Shown piece by piece: positions 9,228 to 18,575 of a stretch of 64,000 nt of DNA (position 1 is the stretch's first letter; each line of letters opens with the position of its first letter). Source of the DNA: Patescibacteria group bacterium. Its GTDB lineage: Bacteria; Patescibacteriota; Patescibacteriia; UBA10025; JBIOWE01. The position numbers and the translations under genes are program-made. Below the pieces are notes generated by a model. It had not been told where the DNA came from and ran no database searches. It saw only the letters and a list, made by a program, of their open reading frames with translations. The stretch lies in assembly GCA_044868145.1 (NCBI GenBank), contig JBIOWE010000004.1, positions 137,395-201,394 of the forward strand. The letters are read 5' to 3'.

Positions 9228-9259
9228 TTTTTACTTTTTAACTTTTCCTTTTTACTTTT
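9228..9259. repeat. Heptamer array, inverted relative to 8781-8812
   Basis: tttttactttttaacttttcctttttactttt. Confidence 0.75.
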
Positions 9260-9263
9260 CAGA

Positions 9264-9338
9264 GGGCCGGGGTGCCGCCCCAACTGCCGTTGAGCTTGCG
9301 CTCGCGGAACAATCAGAGCGGGCCTTCCCCGGTCGTCC
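9264..9338 (-). ncRNA. Candidate structured leader/sRNA (long GC-rich hairpin, GCAA tetraloop)
   Basis: On the - strand GACCGGGG/CCCCGGCC closes a long stem with several G-U pairs, capped by GAGC-GCAA-GCTC. CATAAT -10 lies just upstream. Confidence 0.45.
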
Positions 9339-9409
9339 AAAGTTTCTCATCATTATGCAAAAATTTATTCCCTTGACAGCGTCGAGGGGATTTTCGCATA
9401 ATAATAAAC

Positions 9410-9562
9410 AGCTTTGGAATAGCATCTCTGTGTTCAGCTTTTCCATCCTGCATGCCCTTCGTGGACATTCAGTGGGTGAAAAAGACAGCAGACGCGTGTT
9501 ATCTCCCAAAAACAGCTCCAGAAAAACAACCAATGTCCTCAAAAACGAAGGTTGTTTTTTTG
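9410..9562 (+). ncRNA. Candidate rod-shaped small RNA with own promoter and terminator
   Basis: TTGACA(9373)-18-CATAAT; about 100-nt interrupted hairpin 9413-9510; AAAAACAACC/GGTTGTTTTT hairpin with T tract. Confidence 0.5.
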
Positions 9563-9770
9563 GTTGATTTCAATTGTGAATCAACATTTTCTGGGCTTGC
9601 CCGCCAACTTTTTGCGCTTTCAGTCTCTGTGGCGTTTTTCGTAAAAGTAGGCGGGCTTGACACCAATTGTCTTCCGTTCTACCCTGCAGGTGTAGAACGA
9701 CGACCGGCCCACGGTCGTTGTTCTCGTTTTGTTTGTTTAACCTTTCCCCAATATGAATCTCATACTAGGC

Positions 9771-10424
9771 TTATGCTGAAAAACTGTTGAGTATAGCTTC
9801 TAGAATGGCCTGATAGCGCATGTAGTTTTTTTCCAAAATGTACGTTTTGACTTCATAGACTTGTCCTCCATTCTCTGTAAACAAACTTATAAGACGATAG
9901 GTTTGTCCGCTATCGAACCGATGCTTACTGTCAACTGTAAACGCCAGTATTGAGCCGTTGTCCCGATTTGTGACAGTATATTGAAAACCGTTTTTTTCAC
10001 TTTCGGCAATTCTCTTATTCACCCAATCGCGTAGACTTTTTTCCGTCTGATTATAATAGGTAATATCAATATGTACGTCGGAACTGTGGTAATCCCGATC
10101 CATTGCAAAACCTAAGCTGCATGTACTTGGCAAGGACTGAATTGAAACGAGAGCAGCACCTTCACTCACAAACTCGCTGCCTACCCGACAGGAGCTCCAA
10201 GAATCAGGATAGTTGATGGAAAAATTCACTTGATCATGCGTAAAAGTAACGGACTTATACTGTTGCACATCGTTCACTTCTGCTGTATTTGCTTTGTTCG
10301 TTTTGGTATTTTGGCCATTGCCTCGCAAGAGAAAAAAATAACCCGCGGTCAGCAACCCAATAATCACAATGAAAATGATTATGGAAATAGTTCGTGTTGC
10401 ATTTTGTTGATTTGGTTCGTTCAT
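9771..10424 (-). CDS. Membrane-anchored PsbP/Mog1-like protein
   Basis: N-terminal TM, FSINYPDSW motif, C-terminal ILEAILNSF. Confidence 0.7.
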   Translation of the reverse strand: MNEPNQQNATRTISIIIFIVIIGLLTAGYFFLLRGNGQNTKTNKANTAEVNDVQQYKSVTFTHDQVNFSINYPDSWSSCRVGSEFVSEGAALVSIQSLPSTCSLGFAMDRDYHSSDVHIDITYYNQTEKSLRDWVNKRIAESEKNGFQYTVTNRDNGSILAFTVDSKHRFDSGQTYRLISLFTENGGQVYEVKTYILEKNYMRYQAILEAILNSFSA

Positions 10425-10529
10425 ATATTTTTTTAAATGATAGCGGGGGAAGAAGCATAAAATTGCTTCTCCCTCCGCCTATTAATGAATCAGGAAAGAC
10501 CCACGAATTTCCTGATTGAGTGAGGTGAC

Positions 10530-11282
10530 TTACGGTATAAGTGTACATACCTCATGCGCCCGATAGGCTCGGAATCCCCACGCGCTAAGTGTTGACCAAC
10601 TCATGGGGTGACGAGCAATGGCATAACTGTATACCATGACTCCGGAGCTATTGCGGTAGGTTCCGACCCAATTGGCGTCAATGACGTCTAGTCCCCAGCC
10701 GAGGTTCGCCACAACAATTGCCGTATGAGGACCACTTGGGCCATCCGCCTGAATGATCCAACCTGGTTGAGCGTTTCTTACGTCATAGCCAGGATTCCAG
10801 TAATACCCAGTTCTCAGAACAATATGCCCGCCTGGATAACCATACGATGATCGGTACAGAACGAGATTCACGAAGAACTTACACCAGCCACACTGTTGAT
10901 ACTGGCCTGCCCAAAGCCCGAGAGGACCCCGACAGGGCGGACAGTTAGAACCGTACGTATGAACCGTAACCTTTGTTAATGCATCGCAACAATCTCCCTG
11001 TAAGGGATATGGCCAATCGCTCATCGCGTAGCCCTGATACGTTTTACTCGAGCCACCCGATCGGCTTTGTGACAAGGCGTAAAATGCCTCGCTCACGATA
11101 TTCGCTTCCCATGCCGGGCCGACCGCGGACGTACTTGGAGACTGCACGTTTGGCTTCTCAATATACTGGGGTGTTTCTGGGCCTGTGATTTCTCGTGCGC
11201 CTTTCTGGTTACAACCGATAATAAATGCAAAAATGGACAATAACAGTCCAATCCAGGCTGCGCGAACTAGTGTACGTAACAT
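10530..11282 (-). CDS. Lipoprotein with CHAP/NlpC-P60-like amidase domain
   Basis: Lipobox-like IIGC; GWCKFFVN (Cys), PHTAIV (His), VIDANW. Confidence 0.65.
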   Translation of the reverse strand: MLRTLVRAAWIGLLLSIFAFIIGCNQKGAREITGPETPQYIEKPNVQSPSTSAVGPAWEANIVSEAFYALSQSRSGGSSKTYQGYAMSDWPYPLQGDCCDALTKVTVHTYGSNCPPCRGPLGLWAGQYQQCGWCKFFVNLVLYRSSYGYPGGHIVLRTGYYWNPGYDVRNAQPGWIIQADGPSGPHTAIVVANLGWGLDVIDANWVGTYRNSSGVMVYSYAIARHPMSWSTLSAWGFRAYRAHEVCTLIP

Positions 11283-11643
11283 GATAATCCTCCTTATCTG
11301 ATTGTTCTTTGGTTACAGTTTTAACCTCTTTGCAGCAGATCCTTCAACATCTACCACCTCACTTTCTTTGTAAAGAACGCTTTACTCGTTACTTTTCCAC
11401 ACTCATGATTATTTAATAACTGACTTATCCTCTTTTTTCTTCGCTGCCATCTTCCGCGACGGCTTACTGCTTTGACTAAACGGCGCAACTGATACTCAGC
11501 AAATTTTTCTTCATGCGCCGTCGCAATCGTTCGACTATCACCACTATTTATACTTTAATTTTAGCAAAAAAATGACGGTCTGAACAGACGTCAAATCATA
11601 AAACTTGCGTCATCTGTTTTGAGAGGATATGCTACAACTGCTT

Positions 11644-11968
11644 GCCGGGGTGGTGAAATTGGCAGACCTGCCCGCCGAACTTGCCCAACCAATGTTTATC
11701 TCAAAAATAATCTTTTTTATTAATAAATGCCGAGGTGGCGGAACGGTATACGCGCTAGCCTTAGGAGCTAGTGTCCGCAAGGATGTGTGGGTTCAAATCC
11801 CACCCTCGGCATAAAGATAAGCCCCTCAGTTCGGCAAGGCAGGCGGGCACGCTAGGTTTAGGACCTAGTGCTCGCAAGAGCTTGGAGGTTCGACTCCGGC
11901 CGGCGGCAATTGGGGTTCACCTGCCCACCGAAACATCGTGGAGGCGGGGAGTCCTCTCCCAGGCACCA
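11644..11968 (+). tRNA. Interrupted tRNA-Leu(TAG), pieces 11644-11667, 11849-11893, 11951-11968; possibly a pseudogene
   Basis: Joined: GCCGGGGTGGTGAAATTGGCAGAC+ACGCTAGGTTTAGGACCTAGTGCTCGCAAGAGCTTGGAGGTTCGA+GTCCTCTCCCAGGCACCA. One G-A mismatch in the acceptor stem. Confidence 0.65.
11729..11811 (+). tRNA. tRNA-Leu(TAG), intact, no encoded CCA
   Basis: GCCGAGG/CCTCGGC acceptor, CTAGC-CTTAGGA-GCTAG anticodon arm, long variable arm, GGTTCAAATCC. Confidence 0.95.
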
Positions 11969-11984
11969 AAACTAACTCAATCAT

Positions 11985-12923
11985 ATGAAATCAGCACAAA
12001 TCATTAGATACGGAGGCGGTGAAGTTGTGGAGATTAATAACAATGTGCTGAAGCCCGTGGCTTCCAAAGGAGAGATTGTGGTTGAAGTATATGCCGCAGG
12101 AGTGAATCCCTCTGACTGGAAAATCCGTCAAGGATTGATGAGTAAAATGATATCGTTGCAATTTCCCGCAACCTTGGGGGGAGATTTCTCAGGAGTGGTC
12201 TCGGAAACGGGCTCTGGAGTTACGACAGTTCACAAAGGTGAGGAAGTATACGGACGAGCTAGCTTCTTGCGTGGCGGTTCAGGATCGTTTGCGGAATATA
12301 CTCTTGCAAAGGCAGCATCTGTGGCCATAAAACCTAAAAATCTTAGCCATGAAGAAGCGGCCGGTTTGCCCTTGGCAGGAGTGAGTGCGGTCCAAGCATT
12401 GTTGGAACACGTAAAACTTGGAAAAAGGCAAAAGATTCTTATTCATGGCGGCGCGGGAGGAATTGGGACGTTTGCTGTTCAGATCGCGAAGCATCTCGGT
12501 GCGACCGTGGCGGCTACTTCCAGCGCGGAAGATGCCGAATATGTAAAAAAGTTAGACGCAGATCAAGTTATTGACTACAAGTCTCAAAAATTTGAAGAGA
12601 GCGTAAAAGATTTAGACGTCGTCTTTGATACTGTGGGCGGCGAAACCTATGCCCGTTCTTTTTCAGTTCTTAAAAAAGGCGGCGTGATCGTTTCCATGGG
12701 AGAACAACCCAACCAAAAGCTTATGAAAAAATACGGAGTCAATGCAATTTCTCAGTTTACCCAGATGACCAGAGAGCGGCTTGAAAAATTAACGGAATTG
12801 GTTGAACAAGGTGTGGTGAAGGTACATATCGACAAAGTTTTTTCTTTGGATGAAACGGCCGAAGCCCTCAATTATCTTGAGGCAGGGAAACCGAAAGGCA
12901 AAGTGGTAATCAGAGTTAAATAG
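11985..12923 (+). CDS. NADP-dependent oxidoreductase (MDR/quinone oxidoreductase-like)
   Basis: GVNPSDWK, LGGDFSGVV, ILIHGGAGGIG, GKVVI. Confidence 0.92.
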   Translation: MKSAQIIRYGGGEVVEINNNVLKPVASKGEIVVEVYAAGVNPSDWKIRQGLMSKMISLQFPATLGGDFSGVVSETGSGVTTVHKGEEVYGRASFLRGGSGSFAEYTLAKAASVAIKPKNLSHEEAAGLPLAGVSAVQALLEHVKLGKRQKILIHGGAGGIGTFAVQIAKHLGATVAATSSAEDAEYVKKLDADQVIDYKSQKFEESVKDLDVVFDTVGGETYARSFSVLKKGGVIVSMGEQPNQKLMKKYGVNAISQFTQMTRERLEKLTELVEQGVVKVHIDKVFSLDETAEALNYLEAGKPKGKVVIRVK

Positions 12924-12950
12924 CGCGCCACATTACATGGTGCGCTATTT
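12919..12950. terminator. Hairpin between convergent genes
   Basis: AAATAGCGCGCCA-CATTACA-TGGTGCGCTATTT. Confidence 0.7.
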
Positions 12951-12983
12951 ACTTTTGTTGCAAATTTTATAATTGAAATTTAA

Positions 12984-13520
12984 CTATTGCTCTTCGATCG
13001 TCCGCTCAATCTCCTCTGGTTTTGTAGGTTTGCCGAACTGCAAAAGTTTCATAATACCCCATACCAAAAGGACGTAGATGACCATCGCAACGAGAGTTGA
13101 CCACTCTATATACGCCGTCGTCTCAGCGCCCGGTCCAATTGTGGGACTAAAGAGGCCGAGGAAAGGTCCGACGAACGGGTGGCTCAACGAATACATAAAG
13201 TCAGCGAAGCCACTTTCGGGATTCGCACCCGCCATTTTCAAAATGAAACGGATGGCTAACACAATTTCCACAAAACCAAGCAGATACCAAAGAATCTGAT
13301 ACGTACGAAAAAGTTTTTTCTTCCGAGAAAACTCGCGAGCAGAGGCTGGAGAGGCGCCGGCCATTGAAACTTTTTTCACAACTTCTCCAGTTGGCGTTTG
13401 TGAAACCGTCGTTCTTTCCTCCATTGTTTCTGTCGGCGTCTCGGTCGCGCGACGGTAGAGAGAACCGCCTTTCTCACGGACTGTTTCCTCTTCGGACTGG
13501 GTTCGCTGACGTGGATCCAT
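12984..13520 (-). CDS. YggT-like membrane protein
   Basis: LAIRFILKMAGANP..F..FMYSLSHPFVGPFLGLF. Confidence 0.75.
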   Translation of the reverse strand: MDPRQRTQSEEETVREKGGSLYRRATETPTETMEERTTVSQTPTGEVVKKVSMAGASPASAREFSRKKKLFRTYQILWYLLGFVEIVLAIRFILKMAGANPESGFADFMYSLSHPFVGPFLGLFSPTIGPGAETTAYIEWSTLVAMVIYVLLVWGIMKLLQFGKPTKPEEIERTIEEQ

Positions 13521-13642
13521 ACATGTAAAAGTTAATAATAAGTGGTTGTCCTTTAGCTCTTATTACTATACATTTTTGCTCTTTTTCTTACAACGCCCGA
13601 GTAACCATACCGTTACGGCAAACCTGGGAAAAGAATGAGCCC

Positions 13643-13671
13643 TTGACGCCTCGCCTTTATTGGTTTATAAT
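13643..13671 (+). promoter_or_regulatory. Promoter of the 23S-5S unit
   Basis: TTGACG-17-TATAAT about 290 bp upstream of the 23S. Confidence 0.7.
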
Positions 13672-15355
13672 AGAGAACGCTAGAAAAACCTTAATTCACA
13701 CGTGACCAATATGCAGGCAAAAAATCTCTCTATGAACACAAAAAGCGGGTAAAACGCCCTTCTTATCCTATTCGAGCGTTGTCCCGCTTGCAGCGGGATT
13801 TTTTGTACATTACAACTGAAGAGAATGTCATCAGACAAGGGCGAAAGGCGCCTGTGTGTGATGAGATTCTGCTCGAACGTTAACAATTGAATGTTAGTTA
13901 GTAAAGTGGTAAATGAGCATCAAGTAAATACAACTGGAGCGCGAACTGTTTCGTGTTTCAGTGATTGCAACAAATAAGAGTGTATGGTGGATGCCTTGAC
14001 GTCAAAAGACGACGAAGGACGTCGGAGCCTGCGAAAAGCCTCGGTGAGGTGGCAACCAACCTTTGACCCGGGGATGTCCGAATGGGGAAACCCTCTGCAT
14101 ACGCGCAAGCGTTATGCTGAACTGTGTTCCGAATACATAGGAGCATGGAGTCAACCCGCTGAAGTGAAACATCTCAGTAAGCGGAGGAAAAGAAACGAAC
14201 AGTCAGTTTTCAGTATCCAGTTTTCCGTTTTTAGTGCAAACTGATCACCGACGACTGGTACCTGAAGGCTGAATCATTCCCTTAGTAGTGGCGAGCGAAC
14301 AGGGAACAGCCTAAATCCTTCTTGCGTACTTTCGTGCCAGCAATGGTGCGGGAGGGAGAAGCGTAAGCTGCTGTAGGAAGGACGTTGCGAGAAAGTTATT
14401 CTTTGGATCTTACGAGTCCGAGGCGAAGTGAGGGGAGTTCTTCTTCTGTGTGCGAACGTTTCGCGCAGGAGAAGCATTCCTGTATCTCTTAGTCGAAAGC
14501 GCTGGAATACGCTGCCAAAGACGGTGAAAGCCCAGTAGACGAAAAGAGGATACTCTTTGCGATAATTTTCTCAAGTACCATGGGACACGTGAAATCCTAT
14601 GGGAACCCGCCCCGACTATCGGGGCAAGGCTAAATACTTTTGACGATCGATAGCGAACAAGTACCGTGAGGGAAAGGTGAAAAGCACCCCGGTAAGGGGA
14701 ATGAAATAGTACCTGAAACCATATACTTACAAGCAGTCGGAGCCCGCTCTACTTTTCTCTGTACCGAATCGAATTTCTTCTGTATCTCTAAAGAGTTATG
14801 AATGAATCGATGAAAAGTCATACAAGGTAAAGAGAAAATATGAGCGGGTGACGGCGTGCCTATTGAAGAATGAGCCAACGAGTTAGTCCTCGCAAGCGCG
14901 ATTAATCCGCCATCGGCGGAGGAGTCATAGGGAAACCGAGTCAATGAAGGCGCCAAACGTTTGCGGGGCTAGACCCGAAACCAGGTGATCAATCCATGGC
15001 CAGGATGAACCCCGATGAAAATCGGGGGGAGGTCCGAACCCACTCGCCGTGCAACACGAGGGGATGAGCCGTGGATAGCGGAGAAATTCCAATCGAACCT
15101 GGTGATAGCTGGTTCTCCTCGAAATAGTTTTAGGACTAGCCTCTCTTAATTAACGCCCAGGGGTAGAGCACTGAATGGAACTGGATGGAGCAATCCTACT
15201 AGTTCCAACCAAACTCCGAATACTGGGTGGTTCGACAGAGGGAGTCAGACCGTGAGGGCTAAGCTTCACTGGTCTCAAGGGGAAGAGCCCATGACCTCCA
15301 TCTAAGGTCCCGAAATTCCGGTTCAGTGGTAAAGGTAGTGAGATGACTTCGACAA

Positions 15356-15386
<31 letters not shown>

Positions 15387-16237
15387 TAAAGAAAGCGTAA
15401 CAGCTCACTGGTCAAGTCGTCTTGCATCGAAAATGTAACGGGGCTTAAACCGGATACCGAAGATGAGGATTTCCCGTCATATTTATATGATGGGGAGTGG
15501 TAGAGGAGCGTTCCCATTGCGGCGAAGCTGAACCGTAAGGTTTGGTGGAGCGATGGGAAGTGAGAATGTTGGCATAAGTAGCACTAATCCCGATGAGAAC
15601 TCGGGACACCGTAAACCTAAGGTTTCCTGGGCAACAACAATTGTCCCAGGGTTAGTCGGTCCTAAGGTGAGCCCCGCTTTGCGGGGGTAGCCGATGGACA
15701 GCTGGTTAATATTCCAGCACCGTCTTTTTTCTTGCGCATGGTAGACGCATGCGCGCAGTGCCTGCGTGTTCTGGCTATACGCGTCCCTGGCTTGCGTTAA
15801 CTCGTGAGTTGGGGGAAGGGTGCGTCGCAAGGCAAACCCAATGGGCGCACAGTGCGTGCCAAGAAAATATTATGCGTGCCCGCAGCAATGTGGGCGCGGA
15901 GAAAGATGTCCGTACCGCAAACCGACACAGGTAGGTGGGCATAGATGTGCTCAGGTGAACGAGAGAACCTTCGTTCAGGAACTCGGCAAAAAAGCGGCCG
16001 TAACTTCGGTATATGGCCTGCCCATGAGCGCAAGCTCTATGGGCCGCAGCAAACGTTTCTCAAGCGACTGTTTATCAAAAACACAGGTCCCTGCGAAATC
16101 GAAAGATGATGTATAGGGGCTGATGCCTGGCCAGTGTCAGAACGTTAAGGTGAGAGGTGCAAGCCTTGAACTGAAGCGCTGACGAACGCCGGCGGTAACT
16201 ATAACCGTCCTAAGGTAGCGAAATTCCTTGTCGGGTG

Positions 16238-16269
<32 letters not shown>

Positions 16270-16832
16270 GAGAACTGTCTTAACGAAGGACTCGGTGAAA
16301 TTACAAGACGAGTGAAGATGCTCGTTACCCACGGCTAGACGAAAAGACCCCGTGAAGCTTTACTACAGCTTGGCATTGATGTAGCGTTGAACGCGCTTAG
16401 CATACGTGGGAGACTTTGATGATTCGCTCTCGGGCGAATCGGAGTCGCCAGTGAAATACCACGCACGGTTAGCACTACGTCTCATCCCTCGCCCTAGAAT
16501 AACGGGCTGGGAGACAGTGTCTGGTGGGTAGTTTAACTGGGGCGGTTGCCTCCTAAAAAGTAACGGAGGCGTTTACAAAGGTTGGCTAAGCACGGATGGA
16601 AATCGTGCTGATAGGGCAAAGCCATAAGCCAGCTTTACTGCAAGACCAACAAGTCGAGCAGTTGCGAAAGCAGAACTTAGTGATCCGACCGTGTCAGGCT
16701 TATAGCTCGTAGTGCGTACAATCCGTGCGCGCTGCCGCTATAAGCCGTTCGAAATAGGACGGCGGAAGCTCAACGGATAAAAGCTACTCCGGGGATAACA
16801 GGCTGATCTCCTCCAAGAGTCCATATCGACGA

Positions 16833-16876
<44 letters not shown>

Positions 16877-16880
16877 GAGA

Positions 16881-17624
16881 AAACGATATAACTTCTCTCC
16901 TTGGCGGAAACGCCAAGGTAATAAACGAGCCCAAAACGGTGAAGGCTTTCATAGAATCCTGCGGTTGTGCAGCTTGCAGACCCCAGGTATACTAAATTTA
17001 TGAAAGTTAATACCGTGGGAAAATCGATTTCCAAAGTCAAGCGAGCGTATCTCGCTGGGTTGATTGATGGTGATGGCGCGGTCATGGCGTACATTGAACG
17101 CCATGACGAAAAGCGATTCGGATTTCGCGTGCGTATGGAGATAAAAGTCACGCAAATGCATGAAAAAGACGTTCAATGGATTAAGTCTCTTACAGGAATC
17201 GGGTATGTACGTAAAAATGGAAGAACGTATGAATGGATCGTACGTGATCAACGAGTCATACAATGGCTCATAGCAATGATCGCACCATTTGTACGCATCA
17301 AGAGACAACAAATCAATTGTGCAAAAAAGATACTCAAATATCCCGTCAATACAAAAAACGATCTTATGATCGTAGCGCGCTTGGCAGATACATTGTCGTC
17401 ATACAACGTTCGTTCGAAGTATCGACGAAAAAACTTTGCGACAATGATCTAAGAAATCGATTCCCCTAACGACTGATTCTTGCCTGAAAGTTTAAGCAAG
17501 ATGAGATAGATGAATAACGGTAAGGTTGCATCTATCACACGGTTCGCACCTGTGTCCCGCATGGTGACATGCAGAGGATATGGTGATGGTATAGTCTTAC
17601 CCCATCAGTAATGATGGAAGGTCG
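16881..17624 (+). mobile_element. Group I intron at about E. coli 23S position 2533, with homing endonuclease
   Basis: Removal restores GGGGGTGGAGA|AGCTCCCAAGGG. P (AAAACGGTGAA), Q (AATACCGTG), R (TAACGACT), S (GGTATAGTCT), P9 CCATCA-GTAA-TGATGG, terminal G. Confidence 0.88.
17000..17452 (+). CDS. Single-motif LAGLIDADG homing endonuclease (intron-encoded)
   Basis: AYLAGLIDGDG motif; PFVRIK.QQ. Confidence 0.93.
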   Translation: MKVNTVGKSISKVKRAYLAGLIDGDGAVMAYIERHDEKRFGFRVRMEIKVTQMHEKDVQWIKSLTGIGYVRKNGRTYEWIVRDQRVIQWLIAMIAPFVRIKRQQINCAKKILKYPVNTKNDLMIVARLADTLSSYNVRSKYRRKNFATMI

Positions 17625-17695
17625 AGCTCCCAAGGGTTTGGCTGTTCGCCAATTAAAGCGGTACGTGAGCTGGGTTCAGAACGTCGTGAGACAGT

Positions 17696-17988
17696 AGACA
17701 TTTTTGGCTAATATTAGCTAAATAAACGAGCTGTCGATAAACTTGGCTATTTGCGAGAACGTCTGAGTATCCTTAATCTACTTCAAGAATGAAGTAACAA
17801 TGGTAAGGTGCAGATAACTTGCAGGAAAGGCTCTGCTACATATAGTAGTAGAGAATCCTCAGAGACTATACGCCAAGCTCACCCGATAAGGTGAGAAGAC
17901 ATAGTCCGATCTTCTAAAGCGATTTAGAGTGTTTAATAGAAATATTAAACCGTATAATTTGCATGTGCAGTTATATGTAACATATATG
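17696..17988 (+). mobile_element. ORF-less group I intron at E. coli 23S position 2604
   Basis: Removal restores GAGACAGT|TCGGT. IGS GAGCTGTC (U-G pair), R TCAGAGACTA, S AAGACATAGTCC, terminal G. Confidence 0.92.
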
Positions 17989-18416
17989 TCGGTCTCCTAT
18001 CTGCCGTGGGCGTTTAAGACTTGAGGATATTCTTCCCTAGTACGAGAGGACCGGGAAGAACGAACCTCTGGTGTATGAGCTGTTCCGCCAGGAGCATAAG
18101 CTCAGTAGCCACGTTCGGTGGGATAAGCGCTGAAAGCATATAAGCGCGAAGCCCTTTCTAAGATGAGGTCTTATGGCTTCCTTGGAGAATACAAGGTTGA
18201 TAGGCTTCAGGTGAAAGATCCGTAAGGATTTAAGCCGAGAAGTACTAATTGAGCCATCGTTGCAATCACTGATAGACGAAATAGTGTATTTAAATCAAAA
18301 GATGCCGGGGTGGGGTGGCGCAGCCACCCCCTCCCCATCTGGTGATTTTCGTCACGTAAAGTCGCCTATGCGGCGACCACGTGACTCCACACAGGTACAA
18401 TGTTCAATGCAGAGCT

Positions 18417-18531
18417 CCGGGTGTTTTGAGCGACTGGGCCACACCCGTTCCCATCCCGAACACGATCGTTAAGCCAGTCAGCGCCGATGATACTATGACG
18501 CATGTCATTGGGAAAGTAGGCCGATGCCCGG
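18417..18531 (+). rRNA. rrf: 5S rRNA
   Basis: CACACCCGTTCCCATCCCGAACACG, GCCGATGATACT, GGGAAAGTAGG; flanking stem TTCAATGCAGAGC/GCTTTGCATTGAA. Confidence 0.95.
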
Positions 18532-18543
18532 TGCTTTGCATTG

Positions 18544-18575
18544 AAAACTCCTCAATAACGAGGAGTTTTTCTTTT
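18544..18575 (+). terminator. rRNA unit terminator
   Basis: AAAACTCCTC-AATAAC-GAGGAGTTTTT. Confidence 0.8.

Noticed and set aside
9410-9510. Naming the rod RNA as SRP or 6S
   Set aside because: Lacks the SRP helix-8 motif and the 6S central bubble; left unnamed.
11350-11550. Open - strand frame upstream of the CHAP-like gene
   Set aside because: No start codon near its 5' end and no recognisable similarity.
13610-13645. GGCAAACC...GAAA resembling a c-di-GMP-I riboswitch
   Set aside because: No pairing partner strand, no GCAAAG junction and no second stem.
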